NCBI GenBank assembly: GCA_963842085.1
Contig: CAWJET010000001.1
Coordinates: forward strand, 2,944,001-3,008,000
From: an uncultured delta proteobacterium
GTDB taxonomy: Bacteria; Desulfobacterota; Binatia; Binatales; Binataceae
Reading direction: 5' to 3'
Length of the DNA stretch: 64,000 nucleotides
The notes below the pieces were generated by a model. That model had not been told where the DNA came from. It saw only the letters and a program-made list of their open reading frames with translations, and did no database searches. How positions within the stretch are numbered: position 1 is the first letter of the stretch; the number at the start of each line of letters is the position of its first letter. A program made the position numbers and the translations under genes. Below, piece after piece: positions 32,234 to 42,785 of the stretch.

Positions 32234-33551
32234 ATGACCTCTCGATGGGCGGGGCTGGCCGTTTGCCTGCTAATCGCGATTGCAGGGTTCTCTCTCAGTA
32301 CTGGATGCGACCCGTGCTCCTCTTGTTCGACTACTCGCAAGAAACCCACTGCTTCACCTACGCCGGCGCCCAACGCATGCTTGCCGTCGAGTTCCTTGGC
32401 GATACTGGTCCAGGGGAAGAATGCAACTGCTTATCTTCCGCAGGGAAGCTGGGGCGGAGATGCGAACAGCGTTAACGTCGTACCGATTGAAACCAGCAGT
32501 GGCCTTGGTACGGGTGGTGCGCCGACTTTAATTGCGACGCCGAACACTCCAAACTCTTGCTCCTCCAACTCCAATACCGGCGAGACGGTATGCGTCGCCA
32601 ACAACACCGATGTTTACCTGATTAACGGCACGACGCTAACCAGCACGCTGACCAGCGGCGCGACCGCCGATCAGTTCTTTTCTGGCGGTAGCTGTATGAA
32701 CTGTGGCGTAGTGGTGGACTCAACGACCAACAAGGCATTGATCACGATTGGACTCGACAGCGGTGGTCCTGGTGGATACCAATTTCTCGATTTGGGCGGC
32801 TCGCCAACTTTTGAAACACCCATTCCCGCCGGAGTGGGGACTTCAGAAGACGTTTCGATCGACCCGGTCCGCCACCTGATATTGTCGCCAAACGAATCCT
32901 TTCGAAAACGAAGGTCAATCGGATTACCAGATCGTTAATATCAGCACCTCGACGCCGGCACTGTTCAACAACGACCTGTCGGACTTGGGGCCCCAGTCGT
33001 GGGACTCGGCAGGCGAAGACTGCACCACCGGCATCGCGCCGGCTACGGATGAGGGCACCGGAGATCTGTTCATCGCCGATCTGACCCAGGCGGTCTTTAC
33101 GCCGGGATCGCCCGCAGGCACGTGGACCGACGCCGCCAGCCAGCTTCAGAACTTCCCCGAGTTTGAAGGGCTCGCGGCCGGCACCTGTGGTATTGCCGTC
33201 GCACCGGGCACGCATCTTGGCATAGTGACGGGTGAGTTTGGCGGCGATCTCGAGGGCGTGATCGAGCTGCCGGCCACTTCGGGAAGCGGAACGCCCGCAG
33301 TCGTCGACTATGTGGCGTTTAACGTACCCAGTCCCCCGACCGAGGAAGGTTGGTCGCAGGGTTTCGATCCTCACACGGTAACGGCTTACGTCAGCCCTAA
33401 CAGCAAAAAGGCATACGCGGTGTTGGAGAACGGCGACTTCAGTTATGTGGCAATCGTCGACCTGCAGGGGATGCTGAGCGCGCCACGAACGGGAGCGCAC
33501 ACGGCGACCAACCCGCTACCGCCCGGCCTGGTGACATTCGTCGCGGAGTAG
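32234..33551 (+). pseudogene. Secreted Cys/Thr-rich probable lipoprotein, interrupted by one frameshift (possibly an assembly indel)
   Basis: GAGGAG RBS and lipobox-like STGC; removing one T at 32900-32902 joins ORFs 32111-32938 and 32985-33551 (..PNESFENEGQSDYQIVNIST..). Confidence 0.65.
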
Positions 33552-33554
33552 CGG

Positions 33555-34562
33555 CTAGCGGCTACTGATGAGCAGTTCCGCGATCTGAACGCCGTTTAGC
33601 GCCGCGCCCTTGCGCAACTGGTCGCCCACGACCCAGAAGTTCAGCGCGTTGGGGCGGCTCAGGTCCTCGCGGACTCGCCCGACGAAGCAATCGTCCTGTC
33701 CCTCGACGAGGATCGGCATCGGGTAGCGGTTTTGCGCGGGATCGTCGAACAGCCGAAGTCCCGGGAAGTGCGCGAACGCCTCGCGCGCGTCGGAGGCCGC
33801 AATCTTCGTCTCGGTCTCGGCGTTGACCGAAATCGAATGCGCGGTGAAGACCGGCACGCGCACCGTAGTCGGCGAAATCGGCAACTCGGGCTGGTCGAGG
33901 ATCTTGCGGATCTCGTTGACCAGCTTGATTTCCTCGTCGGTATATCCGCCCTCGACAAATTTGCCTGCGGGAATCAGGTTGAACGCAATCTGATGCGGGA
34001 AAAATTTCGGCTTGATTGACTCGCCCTTCGCCCACGCCATCGTCTGCTCGCGCAACTCCGCGATACCGTTGACGCCTGCGCCCGAGACCGCCTGGAAACT
34101 CGTCGCAACCACGCGTTTCAAACGGCCGAGGTCATGGATCGGCTTGAGCGGCATCACGGTGACGATCGTCGTGCAGTTCGGACACGCGACGATTCCCTTG
34201 TGATTGCGCGCCGCGGCGCCGTTGATCTCGGGCACCACCAGCGGCACGTTGGGGTCCATGCGGAACGCGCTCGACTTGTCGACGACGATCGCGCCCGCCT
34301 TGACTGCAATCGGTGCGAACTCGCGCGACTGCTCCGAGCCGGCCGAGAACAGCGCGATATCGATTCCCTTGAACGAGTTGGCGTCGAGCTTTTGCACCGT
34401 TATCGGCTCGCCGGCGAAGGTCACGGTCTTGCCCGCCGATCGCTCCGACGCATACGCGCGCAGCTCGCGCACCGGGAACATCCGCTGCTCGAGAATTTTC
34501 AGCGTGGTCTGGCCGACGGCCCCCGTCGCACCCACCACCGCAATTCTCTGTCCACTAGCCAT
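33555..34562 (-). CDS. asd: Aspartate-semialdehyde dehydrogenase
   Basis: VVGATGAVG, SSAFRM, PNCTT, QAVSGAG, DQLRKGAALN. Confidence 0.95.
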   Translation of the reverse strand: MASGQRIAVVGATGAVGQTTLKILEQRMFPVRELRAYASERSAGKTVTFAGEPITVQKLDANSFKGIDIALFSAGSEQSREFAPIAVKAGAIVVDKSSAFRMDPNVPLVVPEINGAAARNHKGIVACPNCTTIVTVMPLKPIHDLGRLKRVVATSFQAVSGAGVNGIAELREQTMAWAKGESIKPKFFPHQIAFNLIPAGKFVEGGYTDEEIKLVNEIRKILDQPELPISPTTVRVPVFTAHSISVNAETETKIAASDAREAFAHFPGLRLFDDPAQNRYPMPILVEGQDDCFVGRVREDLSRPNALNFWVVGDQLRKGAALNGVQIAELLISSR

Positions 34563-34613
34563 CGCGCGATTCTATCGTGACGTAGCTATTCGAGTGAATA
34601 GCCGCCTCGGTTC

Positions 34614-35267
34614 TCAAACCTTTTGCATTAGCCAGTCGCTGACCAGATCGAATACTTCGTCGTCCGCTTCGGCCAGTCCGTGTCCGACGCCGGGTAAAAT
34701 CCTGAGCGTCTTGGGCTCGCCCGCGCGATCGTAAAGCGCCTGCGAACTCTCGTGCGAAAGAATCGTGTCCGCGCCGCCGTGAATCAGCAACAGCGGCTTG
34801 GGCGCCAGCTCGCCCGCCACGTGCGCGCCGGCGAGCTGGCTCGACAGCGCGATCACGGTGGTGACGATCGGGCTCAGAGTTCCCGCATTGATCGCGACTG
34901 CGCCGCCGAACGAATGCCCAATCAGCGCGACGCGCCGGTTGCCGATCCCGCCCAGGAACGTCAGCGCCGCCATCGCGTCGACCAGACATTCGCCGAAGTC
35001 GTTGGGCGCGCGATAGTCGAGCCGCGCCATCGTGAGTCCGCGCCGGGGCATCTCCAGTCCCAGCCGCGGATAGAGCATCGAGGGACCGTCGAACCCGCCC
35101 ATCGCGCCGCTGACGCAGAGCACAGCGCGTCCCTTTTCCGCCGCCGAATGCACGACCAGCGGGATCGCGCCGCGCGTCGTCGCGATCGTCACCTTGCGCG
35201 CGCCCGCGATCTCGTCGCCCGGCGCGACCCCGGTGATTCTCAGCGTCAGCTCTTCGTCCACCGTCAT
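34614..35267 (-). CDS. Alpha/beta hydrolase
   Basis: GHSFGG nucleophile elbow, IHGGADTIL, GVGH. Confidence 0.85.
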   Translation of the reverse strand: MTVDEELTLRITGVAPGDEIAGARKVTIATTRGAIPLVVHSAAEKGRAVLCVSGAMGGFDGPSMLYPRLGLEMPRRGLTMARLDYRAPNDFGECLVDAMAALTFLGGIGNRRVALIGHSFGGAVAINAGTLSPIVTTVIALSSQLAGAHVAGELAPKPLLLIHGGADTILSHESSQALYDRAGEPKTLRILPGVGHGLAEADDEVFDLVSDWLMQKV

Positions 35268-35524
35268 CCGCCCGCGTTCGATTGGGCGTCGGCCGGCTCG
35301 CCGAGCATTCGCATTCCGTAGCGAATCATCGCCGCCAGCCGTTCGACCCGCGTCAGGAGTTCCGCCTGCTCATTGCGCGGCGCGTCGGCCAGCTCGGCGG
35401 CGACGGCGGCCAGGTTCTCGCGCATCAGTTGCACCGCGCGCTCGAGGTTTTCGCGCTCGGGTACGCGCGCGCGGGCTTTGCGCCGCGCCTCCTGGATTTC
35501 CGCAAAATCGATTATCTCGGCCAT
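35264..35524 (-). CDS. Small helical hypothetical protein
   Basis: MAEIIDFAEIQEARRK..; 4-nt overlap with the hydrolase start. Confidence 0.6.
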   Translation of the reverse strand: MAEIIDFAEIQEARRKARARVPERENLERAVQLMRENLAAVAAELADAPRNEQAELLTRVERLAAMIRYGMRMLGEPADAQSNAGG

Positions 35525-35596
35525 CGGTGATTCACGCTTCGCGCGAGCCAACGCGATTATCGCTCATCATGCGGGTGCGTGGAAACAACGGGAAAT

Positions 35597-36373
35597 TTAC
35601 CTCACCTTCCTGCCCGCGCGACGCTTCTCCGCGAGCGTCTGATGCCCGCCCTCGGCGACCCATCGCATCTGCCGCGCCATCCCGTTGAGAATCTCGACCT
35701 CGCGCGCCGTCAATCCGCTCCTTCCGAAAATCTCGCGTAGCGCGAACATGATATGGTCCGGGTTGTCGTCGGGAATAAAGCCGATCGATACCAGCGCCTC
35801 CGCCATTCGCTCGAGCATCGGGTCGCTCACCGACGCTTCCACGAAATGCGGCGTGCGCGCGGCCTCGACCGCCGCCGCCGATTCGTTTGCGGCCATCATC
35901 AACTCGTACGCGACGACCATCACCGCCTGCGCCAGGTTGAGCGACGGATATTCGGGCGCGGTCGGGATCGTGACCAGCCGATGGCATAGCTTGAGCTCGC
36001 GATTAGTCAGCCCGCGATCTTCGCGGCCGAAGACGATCGCGATTTTGTTCGAACCGGCCAGCGCGTCGAGTTCCGCCGCCGCCGGGCGAAGCGCGGTCGC
36101 GCGACTGCGATAGCCGCCGCGGCGGCTGGTGGTGCCGACCGCGACCGAGCAATCAGCCAGCGCCGCCGGCAGGTCGGGATAGACCGTCGCGTGCGCCAGC
36201 ACGTCGTCGGCATGCACCGCCATCGCGACGGCCTCGCGGCTCTTCAGCGTGCCGGGTGCGACCAGGCGAAGATCGTCGAAGCCCATGTTCTTGAGCGCCC
36301 GCGCCGCCGCGCCGATATTGCCCGCCGACTGCGGCCGGAACAGCACGAACGCGAATTGGTCGCGCGATGGCAT
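35597..36373 (-). CDS. trmJ: tRNA/rRNA methyltransferase, SPOUT TrmH group 1 (TrmJ-like)
   Basis: PQSAGNIGAAARALKNMG, VFGREDRGLTN, YPSLNLAQAV. Confidence 0.88.
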   Translation of the reverse strand: MPSRDQFAFVLFRPQSAGNIGAAARALKNMGFDDLRLVAPGTLKSREAVAMAVHADDVLAHATVYPDLPAALADCSVAVGTTSRRGGYRSRATALRPAAAELDALAGSNKIAIVFGREDRGLTNRELKLCHRLVTIPTAPEYPSLNLAQAVMVVAYELMMAANESAAAVEAARTPHFVEASVSDPMLERMAEALVSIGFIPDDNPDHIMFALREIFGRSGLTAREVEILNGMARQMRWVAEGGHQTLAEKRRAGRKVR

Positions 36374-36409
36374 CTTCTTCTTATCCGGTTCCCGCTGTCG
36401 CAAGGGAAG
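36301..36409. repeat. 109-bp direct repeat, copy 1 (5' end of trmJ)
   Basis: 107/109 identical to 40505-40613. Confidence 0.95.
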
Positions 36410-36474
36410 AGCGGCGTCCGCATCCGCGGCGGTGCCGATCTTCTTAGTACTGGGTGCAGCGGTTGATCGAAGTT

Positions 36475-39400
36475 CTACTTCTTTTCCCGCGGTGCCTTGC
36501 CGGTACCGGACAACGCCACACTCTGCGGTGTCCCAACCACATTATCCAGGATCATGAGGTGTCCGGTCTGCTCCGTTGTGTCGGGAGGCGTGAACGTTAC
36601 CGCGACTTTGCAGCTCCTTCCCGGCAAAAGCGTCTGATCGCATTGCGATTTGACCGCATACACGCTTGGAGGCAACGCGTTCTCTGTTCCCACGGACACA
36701 GCTAGCCCCGTTTTCTTTTTGCCGGCGTTTTTTATCGTCACTGTTTTGGCCTTGCTGGTCGTTCCAACTACGACTTTGTTTCCAAAGGCCAGGCTGCGGG
36801 GCGAAATCTCTAACCTCTCTTCGACTAGAGGAAGCGCGATCACGAACGGCGACAGACTTGTGACGTTACCGCAGATTATGCCTTGTTGAGTGTCGTTGCT
36901 GGTCGTGACATTGACCCACCCACTCACCTCGAAGTGCAGCAGAGTGAGCTGGCTCGCATCGAATACCTGGCCTGGATTGTAGTTCAGGCATACGGTTATC
37001 GCCCCGCTGTACGACGCAGTTGTCATGATATCCGAGTACTGCGACACAGGATTATATCCCGAAGGAGGATTTGGATTGGTGTCGCTGGTCGTCGCCGAAG
37101 TGGTACCCGGTGATGAGACGTTAGAGAAGGTCAGGCTCGTCCCGCCGTTGGGTGCAACCGTCTGGTTGCTGCCGCTGGGGGTGCTCGTTTGGGAGATGTT
37201 GGCCGCGAAGCCGCTCAGCTGCGCCGTCGAGGTCTGCTGGTATGCTCCCATGGTGGTTGGGAAGTCGTGCGCATAGGTACCTCCGGCGAGGTAAATTGAG
37301 CCGCTACTGGACACGTTGAGCCCCAGGGCGAAGCCTGCTTCGCTGCCACCGAACAGACTCGAGAATAGGAGTTGCGATCCGTCGGAACTTATCTCCGAAA
37401 TCGTTGCGGTAGTGTCCATATACAGTGAAGCGAAAATACCGAGGGGTGAACCCGGGATCGATCGCGATTGAGGTAATAGGAGGATTGTCGTTGGCAAGGC
37501 CGCTATTCACAAATGTTTTGCCGCCATCTGAGCTTTTGTACACCCCTTGGGAAGTTCCAGTGTAAAGGGTTGCCGGCGTGGTCGTGCGGTCCAGGTCCAG
37601 CGCTTGCGCGTTGCCGAAGTACAGATTCAGGGGAAAGTTGAGCTGTTGATTAAAGCCGTCAGTACTGGAAATCACACCGTAATAAGCAACGCCTGCGTAT
37701 TCTGTGGAAGGATTGGTGCTGCTATCGACGATCACCTGGTATGCAGGCGAAAAATTCATGTTCGTCTGCACGAATGCGCCGCCGCTTGAACTGGCTAGAA
37801 CTCCCTGGTTGCTTCCAAGGTATAAGGTGTTGGTGTTTGGATCGTTGGCGATGGAATAGGCCTCTGCACCTGCCGGTAGTGCGATAGTCGTCGGGAAAGT
37901 GTTCCCGCCGTCCGTCGAAATTTGTACGTACCCGGGCTTTGAGTCCTCCCACACGTAGATTGGTCGTGGGCTGATTGTGTTGTCGATGCCGAGCAATGCT
38001 ACATTGTCGGTAATGTAAGTAGACGAGAGGCCTTGCCCTTGCGAGTACGCCTGATAGAGCCCAGTTGGCGATCCGAAAAAGACCGTCGCGGGCGAAGTAC
38101 TTGTGTCCAGGTACGCGTCATACATCGCTCCGGTAAGACTAGCCCGAGCGAAGGTAGAGCCGCCGTCAGTACTAACAAACATGCCTTCGCGGTACGTCCC
38201 GACATAGATTGTGTGAGGCGTCGTGGAGGAATCGACCAGAATGTCATGACTGCCCGCGGAGCCCACGTCTGTCGGGAAGTTCGAGTTCTGGAACGTGACG
38301 CCGCCGTCAGAGCTGTGCAGTACGACACGGCCGGTGGAGGTTCCGTTTGGACGGGATTAGCTGTCTGATAAGTATCCGGTGTGTTGGTCCATCCGGCCGC
38401 ATACACGTTATCCGACCCGTCCACGGCGACTACCTGCGATGGCTGACTGGCGAGATTTCCGAGATAGGTTGAGAACACGAAGCCACCGGTCGGGTTGAGC
38501 TTGGTAAGCCAGCCGCTCACATACAGTGGCGAACTTGTTTCCACGACCGTCCCGACGACAGGGAAATCGATTGAATACGTGTATCCAACCACGTAGGCGT
38601 TGCCTGAGTTGTCGATCGCGATACCTTGCCCCACATCAAAGCCGCTGCCGCCCAGGAAGGTTGAATACAGCATCTGCGATCCACTGCTGTTAAGCTTCAC
38701 CACCCAGCCATCACAGGTCCCGCCGAAAGTCGGCTGCGCAGCGCCCGCGGAGGTCGGGAGACTTGCGGGACCGGCGAAGGCGTTGGACCCGCCAGTGACG
38801 AACGCCTCGCCAGCCGAATCCACAGCAATGGCGGCAGCGCTGTCGCCGCCCTGGCCTCCGAGGTAGGTCGAATAAACCAAACCGGAGCCGGCAGGGTTCA
38901 CTTCGGTGACGTATGCATCGAAATAGTTGTTCGTAAGCGTGCTTGCGCATCCTGTTCCCGAACTCGTGTATCCCGCGTTTTTCGGCTGAACGGGGGTGCC
39001 GGCCGTCGGAAAATCGCAGGTCGGAGTCTGCCCGACGACGAACGCGTCGCAGTTCGAGACGCATCCCTGTGGCACGGCGACACCGAAGGCGCGATCCTGC
39101 TGCCCGGCAAAGGGCACTTGGCTGCCCCCCAGGTAGCTTGAGTAAATTAACGAAGTGCCGTCACTGCCTAGCTTTGCGACAAATCCTTCGACCGGTAGCC
39201 CGGGGTCGGACGGTAGGAAAGCCGTCGGAGTAGTCGGAAACTCGCCCGCGGTCTCCCCAACCACGTAAGCTGCTCCCGAACCGTCTACCGTAATCCCGTT
39301 GCCCTCATCGAAAAGACCGCCACCCAGGAACGTCGAGTACACAAGTTCGGTTCCGGACGGGTTCAGCTCGGTTACAAACGCGTCGCAATTGCCGGCGTAA

Positions 39401-40332
39401 CTGGACTGATAGACTCCAGCCGTGGTGGGAAAATCGCTTGAGCACGCGAGCCCCGTCAGATACTGGTCGCCCGCGTTATCGAGCGCGGACGCATTAACCA
39501 GATCGTAGCCGGTTCCGCTCAAGTACGTCGCATATGTGACGGTCGGGTCAATTATCAGCGGCCGCGATCGATCATAATTGGCGATCTGCACGCCCACCTC
39601 GTCGTCCGGCAGGCGCTTGAAGCCGCCGGCAATCGATCTTCGACTTGAGCCGGCTAGTTGGTAGATGATCGGCTTGTGCAGCACGATCCGTTCGCTGCTC
39701 ACGGAGGCAACAATGTCGCCGTCAGCGTTTAGATCGAGCGCACGGGCGCCTTCGAACCGCAACCGGATCCGACCTGGGTCGGCCCCCGGCGAAACGATCA
39801 AATCGTATTCGAGCGCTCCTTCTGAACCATAAAAAGCGAGGTCGATTCCGGGATAGAGCGATCGGTAACGTACCTTGCGGTAGGTCGGGATCCTGGTCCG
39901 CCAGTTCCGCGGGTCCGCGCCGATAAAGTAATTCGTTGTGCCCGTCAGGCGATCCTCGGCCTTGAGGGTGACGGTCCTAGAGGCTCCCTCGAAGACTATC
40001 CTGAGCGCGGATGACTTGAGTTGTTTCGTCAACTCAGAGTCTGGTTTCAAGCCTGGCACGCCCGGAATGGGCTGTTGCGTGTGAAGACCCGGAACTCTGG
40101 TGACAACGATCGTCGCGCCGGTCGAAGTGAGGAAGAGCGTCGAGTTGCGGTCGTGCGAGATGTAGCGCGCAACCGGGTTAGCCTGACCTCGGTTGGCCTC
40201 GAACCGGATCCGGAGCCGGGAATCATGAGTCGCTCGTTTGTCGAGGTCATTCGCGCGCCCCACGCCCGCGCAACTCAGGCCCACGATAACCAGAACGCAG
40301 AAGCCAACCACGCAGCTAAAGCGGCGCCTCAT
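36475..40332 (-). pseudogene. Large secreted SBBP beta-propeller / BNR (Asp-box) / ASH-Ig surface protein (~1285 aa if intact); two compensating frameshifts
   Basis: Signal peptide; FEANRGQ, YPGIDL, LIIDP; repeated 'LVYSTFLGG..D.G.GI.VD..G.AYV.G.T'; S.DGG.TF repeats; C-terminal SLAFG..C.VAVTFTP..L.GTG; single-base shifts near 38328 and 37451-37453. Confidence 0.8.
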
Positions 40333-40504
40333 GACAGCCTCCCTTGGGGGGGCGCTCCGCTCCCTCGCCCCGAGCCTCTCAGCGCTCAGGGTTCGAAAAC
40401 CTTTTTGCCAACAGAAGAAACCGCAGTTGGCGGGCGCCCCCACGCGGAACCGTTAAGCGACACCGAATTTTGCCAATTTCCGTTCAAAATTGTCAAGATT
40501 CAGA

Positions 40505-40613
40505 GCGCCGCCGCGCCGATATTGCCCGCCGACTGCGGCCGGAACAGCACGAATGCGAATTGGTCGCGCGATGGCATCTTCTTCTTATCCGGTTCCCGCT
40601 CTCGCAAGGGAAG
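40505..40613. repeat. 109-bp direct repeat, copy 2 (trmJ 5' stub encoding 25 aa)
   Basis: Minus strand 40577-40500 reads MPSRDQFAFVLFRPQSAGNIGAAAL*. Confidence 0.95.
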
Positions 40614-40633
40614 CGGTCGCTGAGTCTCGCCTC

Positions 40634-40721
40634 GTGTCATTCTGAGCGCAGCGAAGAATCCCGGATCCTCTTCTTCGCACCCGCAGTTTTCCGGGATTCT
40701 TCGCTGCGCTCAGAATGACAC
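40634..40721. repeat. REPIN-like doublet: perfect 32-bp inverted repeat
   Basis: GTGTCATTCTGAGCGCAGCGAAGAATCCCGGA-N24-TCCGGGATTCTTCGCTGCGCTCAGAATGACAC; shares the TGTCATTCTGA head with family A. Confidence 0.9.
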
Positions 40722-40795
40722 AAAAAAAGAGCAACCGGATGAAACCAAAAAAAGTTCGAACAGGGACGAAGTCCCGCATCCTCTCTTAATACTAA

Positions 40796-40856
40796 GGTGC
40801 AGGGGTTACCCCTGCCGAAGGAAGCGTGAAACCCACGGTGGGTTTCACTAAGATTA
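40796..40856 (+). repeat. Family C double-hairpin element, copy 2
   Basis: GCAGGGG-TTA-CCCCTGC and GTGAAACCCAC-G-GTGGGTTTCAC stems. Confidence 0.85.
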
Positions 40857-40871
40857 AGTGGATTCACTCCT

Positions 40872-41537
40872 ATGAAGATCATCTCCTTCGGCGACGTTCA
40901 TATGGCGACCCGCAATCTCGGCCGGATGGGCGAGGTGATGCGCGATTGCGACCTGGTAATCGTGTCCGGCGATCTCACCAACTTCGGCGGCGTCGACGAC
41001 GCGCGCAAAGTCCTGACCGACGTCCGCCGCGCATGCCCCGCGGTCCTTGCGCTGCCCGGCAATCTCGACCGGCGCGAGGTGATCCCGTTTCTCGAAGAAG
41101 ACGGAATCGCGCTGCACGGCAAGGGCCTCGTCACCGGCGGCGTCGGGATCTTCGGATGCGGCGGCTCGAACATCACGCCGTTCGGCACGCCGATCGAACT
41201 CAGCGAAGACGAAATCTACGCGACCCTGCGCGCCGGCTACGATTTCGTGCGCGACGTGCGTCCGTTGCTGATGGTTTGTCACACGCCGCCGTTCGACACC
41301 AAATGCGATCGAATCCTCAGCGGCAAGCCGGTCGGCAGCACGGCCGCGCGCCGGTTCATCGAAGAGGTGAAGCCCGACGTCTGCATCTCGGGGCACATCC
41401 ACGAATCCGCCGGCGTCGATCGGATCGGTCCGACCCAGGTTTTCAATGCGGGCCCGTTCAAGGGCGGCGGCTATATCGTTGTCCGCACGATCGAGGGCGG
41501 CGATGGGCGGCTGGACGCGAGGCTCGAATTTCTTTGA
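40872..41537 (+). CDS. Metallophosphoesterase (Icc-related)
   Basis: GDVH, GDLT, PGNLD, HTPP, SGHIHE. Confidence 0.9.
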   Translation: MKIISFGDVHMATRNLGRMGEVMRDCDLVIVSGDLTNFGGVDDARKVLTDVRRACPAVLALPGNLDRREVIPFLEEDGIALHGKGLVTGGVGIFGCGGSNITPFGTPIELSEDEIYATLRAGYDFVRDVRPLLMVCHTPPFDTKCDRILSGKPVGSTAARRFIEEVKPDVCISGHIHESAGVDRIGPTQVFNAGPFKGGGYIVVRTIEGGDGRLDARLEFL

Positions 41538-41706
41538 CGTGCCGGCGATGTCGCGCGCCGATCAATCGCTTCGCATGTACGCCGGGAAAATCGCCAACGG
41601 ATGGCCGCTGGTGCTCCGCAACTCGTTCCGGCTACTCTGGCGCTTCCGGCCCGGACGCTCCGCGAAATAGGGCGCACACTTTTGTCGAAGGGAGAATTGC
41701 TTGAGC

Positions 41707-42582
41707 ATGGCTGCGACTCACGATGTTCGCCTGAAGTTTGATCATGTTTCGATCGCGGTGAAGTCGATCGACCGCGCCTACGATTTTTTCTCGAAATATT
41801 TTCCGATCAAGTTGCGCAGCGCCAAATCGCTCGACGAGCAGGTCAGCGGGTCATTCTATTGGCAGGATTTCCATCTCGGCGGTTTCGTCGTCGAGCTGAT
41901 CGAGGACCCGCCGGGCAAGCCCGGCTTCGTGACGAAGTTCATCGAACGGCACGGCGAGGGGATGCATCACTTGTCGATCGAGACCGACGGTCTCGACGCG
42001 CTCGTCGCCAATCTGAAGGCCGGCGGCGTGCGCGTGGTCGACGAGCAGAAGTACGATTCGGGCTCCGCGACCGCGTTCATCTCGCCGCGCTCCGCCTTCG
42101 GCGCGCTGATCCAGTTCTGGCACACGCCGAATTGGGAGCAGGCGCATCCCCAGCCGGCGCCCGACGGTCTGGCGCACTTCGATCACGTCTCGCTCGCCGT
42201 CAAGGACATCGCCGCGGCGTACAGCTTCTTCACGCGCTATTTTCCCGGTACGAAAATTACCCACGAGATTCATACCAGCAATTCCGAGGGCAACTTCGCG
42301 CTCGGCCACATCGAGGTCGCCGGCTTCAAGCTGGAATTCATCCAGAGCCCGCCGCACAAGACCGACAACGACTTCGTCGGCAAGTTCATCGCGCGCTTCG
42401 GCGAGGGGCTGCATCATATTTCGATCGACCTCAAGGACTTCGACGAGACCCGCGAGAAGCTCAAGCGCGGCGGTGTCCGCGTGGTGGACGAGAAACGAAA
42501 CTGGCGCGGCGAGCGCCAATACTTCATCTCGCCGCAGTCGGCCTTCGGCGTGCTGATCCAGGTCTGGGACGGCTTGCAGTGA
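41707..42582 (+). CDS. Tandem VOC-domain protein (methylmalonyl-CoA epimerase-like, two domains)
   Basis: Two repeats of FDHVS.AV..ELI..FI.R.GEG.HH.SI..FISP.SAFG.LIQ. Confidence 0.85.
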   Translation: MAATHDVRLKFDHVSIAVKSIDRAYDFFSKYFPIKLRSAKSLDEQVSGSFYWQDFHLGGFVVELIEDPPGKPGFVTKFIERHGEGMHHLSIETDGLDALVANLKAGGVRVVDEQKYDSGSATAFISPRSAFGALIQFWHTPNWEQAHPQPAPDGLAHFDHVSLAVKDIAAAYSFFTRYFPGTKITHEIHTSNSEGNFALGHIEVAGFKLEFIQSPPHKTDNDFVGKFIARFGEGLHHISIDLKDFDETREKLKRGGVRVVDEKRNWRGERQYFISPQSAFGVLIQVWDGLQ

Positions 42583-42785
42583 TCGGTTAGGATTTCCCCG
42601 CGATGCCCGCCAACGACAAACCCGCCGCGCCGGATTCCATGCCTCCCGCGAACCACGTCGAACCGCCCAAAATCTATCTCGCCGCGTGCGGCGCGCTGTG
42701 CGACATCTTCTGGTGGGCTCGCCGCAATCCTCCTGGCGATGAGCGCGACACGGCCGGTAAGCGTTGAAGAACGAAACTCCGTGAG

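Noticed and set aside
32897-32910. Programmed ribosomal frameshift at TCC TTT CGA AAA
   Set aside because: No clear stimulator, and three other single-base indels in the window point to sequence error
36410-40504. Prophage, ICE or IS interpretation of the islet
   Set aside because: No integrase, transposase, terminal inverted repeats or phage genes
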